From positions 49,948,782-50,012,781 of the forward strand of contig NC_085842.1 in the NCBI RefSeq assembly GCF_035594765.1: a stretch of 64,000 bases of DNA, written 5' to 3'. The first letter of the stretch is position 1. Each line of letters opens with the position of its first letter. The notes below the pieces were generated by a model, which did no database searches, was not told the origin of the DNA, and worked only from the letters and a program-made list of their open reading frames with translations. This DNA comes from Anolis carolinensis (lineage: Eukaryota). Shown one piece after another: positions 50,681 to 64,000 of this stretch. Made by a program: the position numbers and the translations under genes.

Positions 50681-53600
50681 TTTTTTTTTTTTGAAAAACA
50701 GGAAATAAACATTTGGATAAAAAGAATGATACTTCTCAAATCCAGACTCAGAATATGAGATGTGATATTTTAGACAGGAGTACGCATTCTCCTTGCTATG
50801 GTTCCTATATGTGTGTTGAAAGTATACAAGTAGGCAAAAAGGGCCAAGAATATTTTGAGTGGGTGGGGTGAATTTTTCATATCGAGTTGAACAAACTAGC
50901 CATTTTTGCAGCAGACTTCTGTTGTATTTCTATATATAGTTGTATTTTCAAAACTCAGATTTCAAATCTGAAATCTGAGTTTTGTCCCCTTACCTGCACT
51001 AGCTGTTTTCAGCTGTTAAATATACACTGAATGGAGAAACTCCAGGAACTGTTGAGCATAGATGTCAACACTTTTTAATGGATTGCTTTTTTTATTGTGT
51101 GTGCTGCATGTTTTTGTCAGGGGAATAGGATAATTATAAGACTGTAACAATAATGAGGTTTTGAATATTCATAGGCAATTAAAATATGCCTCTGTGTATT
51201 TTAGCTGTACCCAATGGAAGACTTAGTCATTTTTAAGGAAACAACTAGGCTGTAATAATCAAATCCCACATCATGTAGGGAGGGGGAAGTAGAGGAAAAA
51301 AAGAATATATAGGTCCAAGCTATGTAGCAGCAGAATGATGAACTATTCCAGTTAAAAACTAGAGGGAAAGATCAAAATTTGGGAAATTATGTTTCAAAAA
51401 GAACTTTTCAATAACCATTGATATCACATGCACACTTTTGGCACTGTGCTGCACTAATACATTTTTCATTATTTTTTCATTACCTTTTCATTACAGGTTT
51501 TTTTTAATGATTGATCAGCAAATGGCATGAAACTTGAAATATTCCACTCAAAGGTCTCTAAAATGCCTTAAATTGATCTCAAAATTCAACTAGAAAAAGA
51601 ATTAGAAAACATGATTTGGTACACCCTTCATGGAACACTCCCCATGCAACTTTGTTATATCATCCTTGCAAATAGAGAAGAAAGGGAGAAAAAGAACAGA
51701 AATGTAATTGCTTACACATACCTATGTCATTTGTAACTCATTATGTTTAAGTCATGATAAAGATGTCATGTTGCTGACATTTACACAGGCAGGTAACTGC
51801 AGGGCTGTTGTAGAGTACAGTAGAACCCCTTGCCCCACTTGGGTGCCATTGTTAATGTTTGCAAGAGTGCCCACTTGGATTGGATTGGATTGGGAAGGAG
51901 GGTGATCCCCTCTGCAAGTTGCATGCCATCCTTCCATCCATCAACAATGATACACAAGGACAGCCAGGAGCTCTTTGGAGGCAGGAGTACTAAGGTAAGT
52001 TCATTTCCCCTGACCATGCAGCCTGGAACCCAAAGAGCACGTGAACTGCATATTCGTTTCAGTGCTGATTCAACTGTTTACATTATCTCAAAGTTCAGAG
52101 AAGCTCCAGTGCATTCCCTGACTTTGGCTAATGCAGAGAAGGATCATGTTATATGGCCTTTTTCTCCATTTGGGGCAAGAAGACACATACATGTAGATGC
52201 CACAATTCTTGCCCGCACCAGCACCTATGCGGATAATGACATGTGTAAACTAAATAATTTAAAACAACAACTATAAGGTTAGAAAGATTCAGAGTGAGGA
52301 GAAGCTGTCTAGGTCCTTGTTTAGTATATAAGCAATTCTAAATAAAAAGAACATAATGCTGTTAACCTCACTGTTTTGTGCAACTCAAAACATGTTATCC
52401 AATAGCCATTTAAAGTAAATAATGAAAACAATGCTTGAACTTTAAATAAGAGCTGGAACTAAATATTTGCTTCGATAAACCTATTATGTGCTCTTGTAAT
52501 AGCAGGTTTGCCACCACTTCTGCAAGGTGCTATTATCATTCTCTCCTCCCACCCTGCACACATATGTAGGATTTCAACACACCCAAGATCCCCCCTGTAT
52601 CCACATATTTCTAAAATAGTTCATAGTCAATGCAACACAGATCCCAACATAGGATGCAAGGGGACCTCTCTCTCATACTGATTTGTCTGTGAACTGTCTC
52701 CAAAGTGTAGAAAATTTGAAGGGGGGTGGGGCAGTGGAGCCAGTTAGAAAGTGTTTTCTGAGCTCCCAGTGTGTGTGGAAATGGGAGAAATGAGGGAAAA
52801 TTACATGGGATGGGATCTGTCAAAATTACCTGTGTTGAATCGCTTCAGAGACGTGGAGTAATGGGTATTCCTATGGGCAGTATCCTACTGAGGATTGATG
52901 CTCTATTTTAATCCCAAAATCCTGCTTCATGAGCCTAAAATGGTCATTTTTAAAAAACTTAAAACTTAATTTTAATCATTAGGAATATCATAATTTCAAG
53001 ATATGATCACTTTGTTTTTCTTGTCATCTCCCCTTCATAGAATGCTTGGCTTTCAAATTTATGCTGCTATTTTTTTTACCAACTACAGTAGATTATAGTA
53101 CCTAGTAGGTTTCAGATTTCTGTGATTGAGAGTAAGGAGATTGGGAGGGAAAGGGGAGAAGGAGAGAAAGGAGAGGAGTCCATAGAAAGAAACTGTGTCT
53201 TGTCTAAAGAATGATGCCTTCTATTTCCTTGAGTATAGAGACTGGGACAGAAAGGGGAGGAAAGGAAAAAAGCTCATAGAAAGGAATTATGTCTGCGTTA
53301 AGAAATATGCCTTGTATTTCTTTGAGGGTAAGAAGGTTAAGAAGGAAAGTCAAGGAGCCCAAAGAAGTGGACTCTGCCTTAAGAAAGGTGCCTTGTGTCT
53401 CCTCTATGGATGGAGAAGGGAAGAAACAATACCTGTGTGATGTGGGAAAGTAAATTCTCTATCTTCTTTAAAGACAGAATCCCAAACAAAGAAGATAATT
53501 CTACATGCAAAGAAGACAATTTCCCTCACCTGTTTCTGATGAAGTCCATACATATATAAAGAGCATATTAAATCTGTCAAGTTCACCCCCAATTAAAGTG

Positions 53601-53893
53601 TTTGGTTTTCCAGTCATTGTTTGTTCTGTCTTGGTTTTATAAGAATTCCTCTTGCTATCCCTCCCCATCATGTGTATTTTTAAAATGTTCCCATTTCTTA
53701 GAGGTATGCATTGTGGTGCTCATTTTTGTGGTTTTTCAGTTTAGTATACAAACAGGCCTTCATTTTGTAGAGTGCAATTTGTGTGCATTTTAAAATTAAA
53801 TCACATGTCTTTTATAAATGTTTCAAATACAAGCACAATGATGAATACATTTTTAAAGAATTCATTGCAAAATCAGAAATGGATAGATGCTAG

Positions 53894-54221
53894 TAAAGGT
53901 AAAGGTTTCCCCTGATGTTAAGTCCAGTCATGTCTGACTCTGGAGGTTGGTGCTCATCTCCATTTCTAAGCCGAAGAGCCGGCGTTGTCCGTATACACCT
54001 CCAAGGTCATGTGGCCGGCATGACTGCATGGAGCACCGTTACCTTCCCGCCGGAGTGGTACCTATTGATCTACTCACATTGGCTTGTTTACGAACTGCTA
54101 GGTTGGCAGAAGCTGGAGCAACAGCGGGCGCTCACTCCGCTCCCGGGATTTGAACCTGGGACCTTTCGGTCTGCAAGTTCGGCAGCTCTGTGCTTTAACA
54201 CACTTCGCCACTGGGGCTCCT
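53894..54221 (-). mobile_element. Sauria SINE, full length
   Basis: 14-bp TSD TGGATAGATGCTAG (53880-53893, 54222-54235); (ACCTTT)n tail. Confidence 0.92.
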
Positions 54222-56936
54222 TGGATAGATGCTAGGAGTGTGCAATTTTTTCATTAGTCATCGTAAGTTGTATCAAATTCGTTAAATTCATACTTACAAC
54301 ACGATATCCAATGTGCAGGCATGGCCTATGCCAAAAACTTAAGACTCAAAACTTACCCAATACTTTTTGGGTTTTTTTTTAAAAAAAATCCCTAAAATCA
54401 GTAGATGTATGAATATTTCTGAAAGTTGGGGGAACAGTCCTCTGTTACCTTGTGTCATTGCATAGAAAATTGAAGGAAATAACTTGTGGTTTGTTTTTTT
54501 AAAATGTTGTTTATAAAAACCTTGAAAATTCCCCCAAAAACTGTGGATAAGTGCAATGTTCTGAACCTTAATGGGCTAACACTGGTAAATGTGTTCTATC
54601 ATTGTAGCAAGTTTCACCCCAATAGCTCCCCTGAAGTTAAATGGATGGGCAACTGTTGGAGGCTACGAATCTTTGTAGGCCTTCAGGGGAGCTTGGAAGG
54701 ACTCAACCCACCACATCACTGCAATTAATCAATAAATCAGTCAGAAGATACTCTCAAACCTGTCCTCTTTTGGGGGAAAATGTTCACTTTTTTTGCGGGG
54801 GGGGGGGGGGCTGTAGTTAAAAAGATGTTTTAGTCTTAGCAGTGGTCTTTTATATCAATAAGAAGTGAATAGAAATCATTTCTTGTTTTAGAAAAAGGAT
54901 TTTTTTCTGGGCCCACAATGATCTAGAACAGGAAACACCCAAGAGAAAATGCTCTCAAAGGAATTTTGGTGCAAAGGTTACTTGTAAAAGTTATACTCAT
55001 ATGTTGAGTTCTGAGGACAGCAAAAGGATTCTGGGGAGCCGCAGGAGGTCCATGCTTTAAAAAAAGGAATGCTGAGCTAAAATTGGAATACAGAAATATT
55101 GAATTACCAGAGAAGCAAGTATTGCCTCCTTTAAGTCATTTGCTGTGTGTGAACTTCCCTCCCACACTATCTAGAAACAGACCAATTGAAACACTTTTTC
55201 CACTTTGTGAAATTATGTTTTCAGCATGTATTAGGTTTGCCATATGCTGGGCTAACTTCCCATCACTTACTCAGCAAGACTGTTTTGCAGATTGCTACAT
55301 GATAGGCTGTAAAAGAACCAGCATGCTGAGGACTTCTTCCTCAAAGAAGAAAGTTTCACAGAGTTTATGCAACAAAGCTACAGTTTCAACGTTAATTCTC
55401 TCAACATTTTACAAAAGTCATGAATATTCTGGTTATCCCAGGAGTCTTTTCACTGATAGAAAGACAGCTAGTTTTTATTATAAACTTTACATTTTCCTTC
55501 AACTAAAATGACAAATATCATGTTTTTCTTTCTAGAGAAGTATAAATAATATTACACGTGTTCATTTTGCTACCCAGAGAAGTATCAATAATAAGGAATG
55601 CATTAACTTTGCTGATTCTGAAATCATTTGTGGAACCCTACTGACTTTACCCCCTGCCCATTTCCCCGCTTAATGCCATTCATCAATCAGAGACATAACC
55701 ATATAAAATTGGAAAAATGATTTCAGGCCTTTGCAGAGCCTGGAAAATGTCTTTTAGGGGGAATGAATATAATAATATGCTCGAGACTTCTACATAACTG
55801 TGCAATGGTAGGAAGATGCTCTGGGGTCCTGTGCATAATCTTACATTTGCTCAGTTACAGACACACTCACCATGTGATTATAACTTAAAAGTAATAATTG
55901 ACCTGTTCCTCAGATCAGCCACATGACAACAGCCAGGGGCTGAACATGCAGGCATATGTATAGGCTTCTTATTGGGTTTAGAACCCTTCATGATCACAGT
56001 TCTAATCATACATGGATATGATAGCCGTCTCTCTAGTCAGTGCTTTGAAAGCATAAAGAATGGGGAAGAGGAATGCAATAGAAGATCCTGGACCAATGGA
56101 AGTTGCTTTATTCCCTATTTCCTTCAAATTATGGAGATTGAACACTCAAATAAAAGTACAGTGAGCCCTTACTATCTGCTCAGGTTTGTTTCCAGAACCC
56201 TATGGGTAGACCAAAACCCATGGATGCTCAAGACCCACTAAATTCATTTGATAGGGTTACTCTGAATTCGTACCAGTGTGACTCCACCCTTGGAGTCAAA
56301 AATAAAATGATCAAGAACAAGATGCTTGTTTGAAGCAATTTGTTTGTCTCTGCAAGTTCTCATTTAGAGTAAACAGGCTAACTGCAAAATGATCCAACTG
56401 TAAGAATAGTTTCGGAACCCCTTGTTTACAAAATGTCCCAGGCCTCCACGACATCCTCTGTTCTGAGGAACAGAGTTGCAGAACTGGGGGCTTCAGTTTG
56501 CCAAACTGACCACCTGTAGCCCGAAGGTAGGAAGTGCTGAAATAATTCTGCAGAAAAATAAGTTTGAACTCTTGACATTGTCACTCCCGCCCCGCTTGCT
56601 GATACATATGAGGATGTTTTGCTTCAAGTAAAGCCTACTTCAGATCTGTATGATCTGTCCCTCTTGTTAGTAGGAAGTATGTACGCATGCATATTTTCTG
56701 AAAAAAGGCGACACTTGACTAACCATGGAAGATGACTGTCTGATATTGCCTGTCTGATAGAATGCTTCAGATTCTGAGGAGGCAGAGCTGAAAAAATAGT
56801 ATTGCAAAATTGTGTCCCTTATATAAAATGGCAAAGTCAAGATTTTCTTTTGGGTTTTTTTTTTAAAACAAAAACAAACAAACATTTCAAGCTGTGGATG
56901 CAGGATCCATGCACATAGAGGGCTGACTGCATTTAA

Positions 56937-57180
56937 TTAATTAATTTATTTATTTATTTACAGCATTTATATTCCGCCCTTCTCATCCCGAAGGGGACTC
57001 AGGGAGGATCACATTACACATATAGGCAAACATTCAATGCCTTTTAACATAGAACAAAGACAAACAAACATAGGCTCCAAGCGGGCCTTGAACTCATGAC
57101 CTCCTGGTCAGGGTGATTCATTGCATTGATTCATTGCAGCTGCTCTCCAGCCTGCGCCACAGCCCGAGCCCACAGCCCGA
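56937..57180 (-). mobile_element. tRNA-derived SINE with L2-type tail
   Basis: B-box-like GAGTTCAAGGC on the minus strand; tail GAGTCCCCTTCGGGATGAGAAGGGCGG plus (TAAA)n. Confidence 0.75.
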
Positions 57181-58349
57181 ATTTAAAACATAAGTTGAAT
57201 GAAAACTCCCTTTTCAGTGGGGCAGTAAATGTGATCCAGGTTTTATTGAGAACTTTAAAGGAATTCTCATATCTTCAACAACTTGGTACATAGCTGTACA
57301 GACATTTAACCCCAAAGTGGAGGATGGGCTGAATTAACTTTGTTGTGGCTATATGTCTTATGGAGGCAATTATGGTTAATGCAGCCTTGACCAGAGTTTA
57401 TAAAGTTGAGGGTTGCTCCAAAGCTTCAAGAATGCAGAGCACACCATGACTTTGGTCCCCTGTAAAGAGTTGGTCAGTTCTGAGATGGAACTGGTTGCAA
57501 ATGTTTACATGGCCATGATGACTCATACCTTCTCCCAGCTTGTTGTCCTGCTGCTGAAACCCCCAGTCAAAACGACTGAGTGTCCTCCCTTGACAGGCAT
57601 GATGTGTGTTGGAACACTGAAGTGATGCTGAAAAGGAGAGAAAAAGGAGGGGCAATTCCACCCCCACCCCTGTTGCTTCAGCACCTCTGTGACATAATGC
57701 CTGTTGCTGAGGAAAGACCACCAGCCATTTTTAGGATGGGGATTGCAGCAGGAGACTGGCTAGCTGACTTCCTTCTGTCTCTACAATGCACTGGTAGCTA
57801 GCAGTAAAGACCATCTGGGGACTGATATAGAGTTTGACACTCTGGATTGACCCCAGGATATTGTGTCCATGTGGAACCATCCTTGGTTGGCTCTTTTATA
57901 GTCCAGTTCAAAAACCCAGAATGACTTTGACCTTTCACATTCATGCAAGTTATAGAAACAAGTGCAATAAGGCTGGCAACAGTAGTTATGATGGAAGAGA
58001 ATTAACATGTAAATCAAGCTATTGGAGCATCATTTATTATGGTAATGACTCAGCCATCTACTGCACCATAGGTTGGCAAATTCAAATATTTACAGATATG
58101 CATCTTGTGGATGAATGTTCAGATTGGAATTAAATTATCTGACTGACTCTCAGAGTCCCCAAGTGTTTCAACATAGTTATCCATATTTTCTTTTACAAAA
58201 ATGCATTATTTTTTAAAGAAAAATGGTTAGAAATGTGGCTTGAAAGAAAACAGATTTTTTAAAGAATACTTGAATTCATTTGTATGTGAGTTTTTAAATA
58301 CATCTTCTCAGATTAATGCAAAATGGATGGATCAGCCGTATGGTTTTTT

Positions 58350-58592
58350 TTTATCATGTCAGAAGAGACTTGAGAACATACTGCAAGTCGCTTCTGGTGT
58401 GAGAGAATTGGCTGTCTACAGAGACGTTGCCCAGCAGATACCCGGATGTGTTAGCTGGGAGGCTTCTCTTATGTCTCCATAAGCTAGAGCTGACAGACAG
58501 GAGCTCACCCTGTCTTGTGGACTCATACTGGTAACCTTCAGGTCAGCAACCCAACCTTCAGGTCAGCAGTTCAGCTGGCACAAGGGTTTAAC
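58350..58592 (-). mobile_element. tRNA-derived SINE with Vingi-like body and tail
   Basis: Reverse-complement match to 20138-20374. Confidence 0.75.
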
Positions 58593-60184
58593 CTGCCCTG
58601 TGGGTTGATTAATACAAAATGGACTAAATAGCACAGAGACCATCACTGGCATCTTTTGTTCTAATTGATGTGACTAACTTCATCTCTTCTGGTTGATTTT
58701 AACTCAATATCAGTGCTATAACAAGCAATACAATTCTGGAAGAAAACTTTTAAAATGTGTTTTAAAGGAGAGGGAGAGGCTACTGTTCATAAAAAGAGGG
58801 ACCAAGAGCAGATATTAATTGACTTGCAAAGTCTAATTTATTTTAATATATTAGCATCCTTTTCTTTTTTCTTTTACTTGCCATGATACTATGTTATACT
58901 TTGATGTCTCAGTGTGTGGCAAATGATTATAGCTTCATTGCCGCTGTTCGTACGATTATGAACGATAAGGTAAAGCAGCGTACTTTCATTTTACTTTTGT
59001 TTCTATTTCAGAGTCTGCATGAATAATTCATCAGGCAAAATTACTGCCCCAGAAAAATACAGTCTGTTTCATCACAGCCCTCTCACACTTTGGTGATCAA
59101 GGTTTGTCTTAAAAAGAAAATGCACCATCACCAAAGGTTTTGATATGCTAGTGAATTTATTCATTTGTATCATCATTTCAGAAGAAGGCAGAAGACTTTA
59201 GAAGTACTTTCAAGAGAACTAGGCCATTTCCTTATAACATGTTTTTAAAGGGGGAATGCAGGATACAGAAGGAAAAACTCAGCTCAGCTTGCATTTTATC
59301 AAAATCATGCAAGGATTTCATAATTTCTCAGGAACTTTGTACCCACTTGGTACAGAAGGTAAAATATTTTGTTCAAAAGAAACAAATGTGAAATAAATAA
59401 TACTAGGACATCAACATCTGTCTCACATACAAACATGAACTTCTTGCTTATTTTTCCATCTTTTTGTCATCATAGTTGTCACATAACTTCAAATTTATTC
59501 CAATTTATGTCAACCCTATCATAGGCTTTTCTTGGCAAAACTTATTCAGATGAACTGTGCCACCATCTTCCTCCGAAATATAGCCAACATCATCTGGCTT
59601 TGATTCGTGGCCTCCTATTCAATTAGGCCTGACCCTATTTGGCTTCCAAAATCAGACAAAATCTGGAAATTTTATCGTATTTAGACATCATGGACCTAAA
59701 TACAATTGCTAATCCCAACTAAAAAAGTCCTGTTGAATCAGTTCCTGAATTAGGGATCAACACTTGTGTAAATCCCATTGAATCAATAGGTATGTTCCTA
59801 TTCAGACTATCAAATAGATTCAAGATAATTATTTATCAGGGATTTTCTCACACTCTGGACAAAAGTTGTGGAAGTTTTCAGATTTTACAAATCTCAGGTT
59901 TTGTTTTTTTTGTTTTGTTTTTTACAATGCTTACGTATGTATGTGTGTGGGCATGTGTACAGTATATGCCCCTAAATCAATGAAGACTTCTTCCAAGGAG
60001 TTTCAAATATTTAAGAAATACAAATCTGGGAGTAGTCTAAAAGGTGTATATGGGTCCAAAAGGAGAGGAGAAGAAGAGACATAGATGAAAGCAACTGTTA
60101 CAGTGAAATAATCAGCTACATTTGAGACCCTTCTACACATCCAGGACTTTATCACACCAACCCATCAATCCACTACAGTCACAT

Positions 60185-60453
60185 AGGAGCCCCCAGATGA
60201 TGTAGTGGACTAAGTGACTTGAAGGTTGGGTTGCTGACCTGAAAGCTGCCAGGTTCGAATCCCACCTGGGAAGAGTGTGGATGAGCTCCCTCTATCAGCT
60301 CCAGCTCCATGCGGGGACATGAGAGAAGCCTCCCACAAGGATGGTAAAAACATCAAAACATCCGGGCATCCCTTGGGCAACGTCCTTGCAGACGGCCAAT
60401 TCTCTCACTCCAGAAGCAACTCCGGTTGCTCCTGACACGAAAAAAAAAAAAAA
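60185..60453 (+). mobile_element. tRNA-derived SINE with Vingi-like body and tail, full length
   Basis: B box GGTTCGAATCC; poly-A; 13-bp TSD ACTACAGTCACAT (60172-60184, 60454-60466). Confidence 0.88.
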
Positions 60454-61070
60454 ACTACAGTCACATTAGATTAGATAATGGATACATAACATATTGATCA
60501 CCTCCAATATTACACCTCTCTTCAGTAGTACAACTGCAACATTCACCAATCAGAGTTCTGCACATACTTGTAATCCTACCTTCGTGCACTACCATGGGTT
60601 ATTTATTGCTACTGCTATTTTTTGTTATTTTTATGCTATCATGCATTTCAGAATGAAAACAAAAAAGAGTAAAGATCTAGATAAAACAAAAGGAAAACAG
60701 CCAGGTCAAAAATAATGAGGAGGATAGGAGAAAAATGCCTCCTGCTCATGTCACATTACTGCAAACCATAGCTTGGGATAGCGGAATCATAGGGGGAAGG
60801 CAAACTAGTAGCTGAACATATATAGTGTTGGGTGATAGGGCCTGCCACCAAGGATGATGGTTCAGCTGCAATATTGATTTGTGATAAACTTCTCAGACAA
60901 TATCCTTTGAAATTTGGGAGTGCAGTAAGACACTCTCCAACTACAATGCTTTCTCTGATATTTGAGAGTCAGAAATGGAGAATCTATGGCCCTCTAAGCA
61001 TTGCAGAACTTAATCCTCAGAAGCATCCCAAGGGGTTAGGGATTGTGGTAATCTCAAGATGCCTCTAGGC

Positions 61071-61205
61071 CAGTAGTTCTCAACCTGTGGGCCCCCAGAT
61101 GTTTTGGCCTTCAACTCCCAGAAATCCTAACAGCTGGTAACCTGGCTGGGATTTCTGTGAATTGTAGGCCAAAACACCTAGGGACCCACTGGTAGAGAAC
61201 CACTG
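61071..61205. mobile_element. hAT MITE
   Basis: CAGTAGTTCTC...GAGAACCACTG; TSD CTCTAGGC/CTCTAAGC. Confidence 0.88.
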
Positions 61206-62167
61206 CTCTAAGCCTTCCTATAAAACTGACATTCTCCCAATCCTGCAAATTTTGAAATGAAAACTGCTGAACATTCTTTCAATGGTTTTTATGATAGGAA
61301 AAAACTTCAGCATAACAAATGCCATCACTGACTTCAATAAAATAAAGTTAGGCACTACGAAGCTCATTATGCAAATGTATTATAGAGCCATGTCGAAGAA
61401 ACAATCAACCAATTCTCTCAAGTACAGTGATGTACTTTATACTGTTGTGTTGATGGGTATCAATGGAATATAAATCACTCTTACAAGTGAATTACACTGT
61501 AAATTTTGCAAAGCCTAATTCAACACCCATTGAGAAGAAAAAGTTGGGAAAACTAGGGCCACATTTCATTCACCTTAAAATGCAGAAGCAAAATGGAGAG
61601 TAGCCAACATCTCAACTACGCCATGGCTCCAGAACTAAACCATTTGTATTAGCTCAACAACCATCTCATACAAAGAAGACTGCCCTGGAACAGTTATTTC
61701 CATTATATCTAATAACCCAAAATAGAGCTAGTTATTGAGCGGGTGGAGATTGCCAGCACTGATAAAAAAAAGTCATTCAAATGAAATCTTCTTTCATACC
61801 CCAAATGTCTAGCTTTGAATAAATTAAAACTTATGCTCAGAATCTAGGAATACAATATAGGTGTTCTAAGAAAAGGACAATGCAAATACATCATAGGTGT
61901 AAACCATTTTAAGTGCCTGACTCTGCAATGCTAGAAATATGGGGTCGCAAGGGTGGAGGCAGAATTTTTATTAGGGGACAATGTCAACATTTCCCCCTTG
62001 TCTGAAAGTAACATCCCAAGAAATATCCTAAAATTATTCTCCTGTATATCCTGGAGCTCCAGAACCTAAAAGACATGTCCATAGAGTTACTGTCACCATA
62101 TATTTCCCCTGGGTTCTTGCCAATAATCTTACCACTGCCCTAACAAGCAAGTGTCACGGACTATTTA

Positions 62168-62339
62168 NNNNNNNNNNNNNNNNNNNNNNNNNNNNNNNNN
62201 NNNNNNNNNNNNNNNNNNNNNNNNNNNNNNNNNNNNNNNNNNNNNNNNNNNNNNNNNNNNNNNNNNNNNNNNNNNNNNNNNNNNNNNNNNNNNNNNNNNN
62301 NNNNNNNNNNNNNNNNNNNNNNNNNNNNNNNNNNNNNNN
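62168..62339. other. Assembly gap
   Basis: Run of N. Confidence 1.
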
Positions 62340-62743
62340 AAATGTGTAGGGTCTGCTTTGCCTATTGTTTTCACATGGTTTTGTTTTGGGCATTCCTCAA
62401 AAAAAACTTTGTGGCTTTGGCAGTTTGACATGACTGTACTGCAGCTAACATGTCACACCGCTTCTCTCTGCAGACCATTGCCCCGTTGGTTGGTTATCCA
62501 ACTGGCATCGCTGGGAGGTGGGGTCAGATTTTTGCTGGCCAGCCCCTTAGTCATCATCCCACATTTTTTACGCAAACCACTATGGGTTGGGGTGGAGACA
62601 AAGAGAACAGCTTCATCTGAAGAACAGCATGAAGAAGAGCAATTTCCAACTTGGTCTCACAGCAATGAGCCAAAGTCTATATTAAATATGTGGGATAAGG
62701 GAAGAACTGAAACACACTAATCTACTCTACCCTCATGTTTTGT

Positions 62744-62883
62744 NNNNNNNNNNNNNNNNNNNNNNNNNNNNNNNNNNNNNNNNNNNNNNNNNNNNNNNNN
62801 NNNNNNNNNNNNNNNNNNNNNNNNNNNNNNNNNNNNNNNNNNNNNNNNNNNNNNNNNNNNNNNNNNNNNNNNNNNNNNNNNNN
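62744..62883. other. Assembly gap
   Basis: Run of N. Confidence 1.
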
Positions 62884-63469
62884 CCAAGAACAAGCCATTA
62901 GAACCAATGCTATCAAAGCCAAAAGTGAAAAGTCGACGACATATCCCAAATGTAGACTTTGCAAGGAAGCAGATGAAACAATAGATCACATCCTCAGCTG
63001 CTACAAGAAGATCACACAGACAGACTACAAGCAAAGGCATAACACAGTTGCTCAAATGATTCATTGGAACTTGTGCCACAAAAACCATCTGCCTGAGACA
63101 AAGAACTGGTGGGATCACAAGCCAGAAAAAGTTACAGAGAATGAGCATGTCAAGCTACTCTGGGACTTCCGAATTCAGACAGACAGGGTTTGGGAGCACA
63201 ATACTCCTGACCTCACGATCGTGTTAAAAAACAAAGTATGGATTGTCGATGTTGCAATCCCAGGTGACTGCAGGATTGAGGAGAAACAATTGGGAAAGCT
63301 GGGTTGTTGTATGTCTTTCGGGCTGTGTGGCTATGTTCCAGAAGTATTCTCTCCTGACGTTTCGCCCACATCTATAGCAGGCATCCTCAAAGGTTGTGAG
63401 GTATGGAATTGGAAAAGCTGACACGATATGAGGATTTAAAGATCGAACTGCAAAGACTCTGGCACAAGC
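62884..63469 (+). mobile_element. Second R4/Dong fragment (CCHC knuckle plus RLE)
   Basis: KCRLCKEADETIDHILSC...RHN...WD...TPDL...VDVAIPGD. Confidence 0.9.
63301..63406 (-). mobile_element. Short Penelope pLTR insertion within the R4 fragment
   Basis: Near-identical to 40036-40141; 13-bp TSD AATTGGGAAAGCT/AATTGGAAAAGCT. Confidence 0.88.
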
Positions 63470-63955
63470 TTCATAAGTTCATAAGGCCAGGATGTGTAAG
63501 CAGCCAGCTGCAATAAATCACTCTGACCAAGAGGTCATGAGTTAGAGGCCAGCCGGTGGCGGGCTGAGCACCCGACAATAAAAAAAAATAGCCCATGCTT
63601 GTTGCTGACCTAGCAACCCGAAAGATAATTGCATCTATCAAGTAGGAAATGAAGGTACCACTATAAAGTGGGGAGGCCAATTTAACTAATTTACGACTCC
63701 ATAAAAAAATCATCCATTGGAAGTTGGAATGAGGAAGTGCCATCGCAGTGGATGATGAAGCAGCTGCTCCCCCTGTGGCCTGAATCGAACATCACCTCAG
63801 GAGAAGGTTAAATTGCCTCTGCGTCTGTCTCTGTCTTGTTCTATGTGTATGGCACTGAATGTTTGACTTATATGTATACAATGTGATCCACCCTGAGTCC
63901 CCTTCGGGGTGAGAAGGGCGGAATATAAATACTGTAAATAAATAAATATAAATAA
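63470..63955 (+). mobile_element. SINE with L2-type tail
   Basis: Shares head and tail segments with 56937-57180. Confidence 0.7.
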
Positions 63956-64000
63956 AGGGTAAAGATTTTCCCCTGACATTAAGTCCGGTCGTATCTGACT
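63953..64000 (-). mobile_element. Sauria SINE 3' end (runs off the window)
   Basis: GGTAAAGATTTTCCCCTGACATTAAGTCCGGTCGTATCTGACT. Confidence 0.8.

Noticed and set aside
51830-52276. 148-aa ORF (likewise 55083-55511 and 42699-43121)
   Set aside because: Non-ATG starts, no homologous motifs and no convincing exon boundaries; the 42699 ORF lies within an LTR
62151-62720. Long ORFs spanning N runs (also 14771-15055)
   Set aside because: Artefacts of assembly gaps

Overview
This is AT-rich vertebrate genomic DNA whose repeat content points to a squamate, most likely an Anolis lizard (Sauria SINE, CR1, R4/Dong, Penelope, Vingi, hAT and Tc1/mariner MITEs). I found no convincing host protein-coding exon, so the window looks intronic or intergenic. 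It has three assembly gaps. Main contents: (1) a decayed ~7.1-kb Ngaro-type tyrosine-recombinase retrotransposon on the minus strand (3018-10114) with Gag/zinc fingers, RT, RNase H, YR and an SGNH hydrolase, interrupted by a solo LTR; (2) a young R4/Dong-clade LINE in a (TAA)n tract nested inside an L2-type tail inside a hAT MITE; (3) a 2.2-kb composite hAT element carrying what looks like a captured CpG-island promoter and first exon; (4) nested solo LTRs; (5) CR1, Penelope, Vingi and SINE copies. The most interesting signal is a set of splice sites in the Ngaro element that would fuse the Gag N-terminus in frame to the ATG-less SGNH esterase. Candidate self-cleaving ribozymes also occur: HDV-like in R4 and Vingi-derived sequences, and hammerhead in Penelope. 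Family names come from recognition and motifs, not from a database search.
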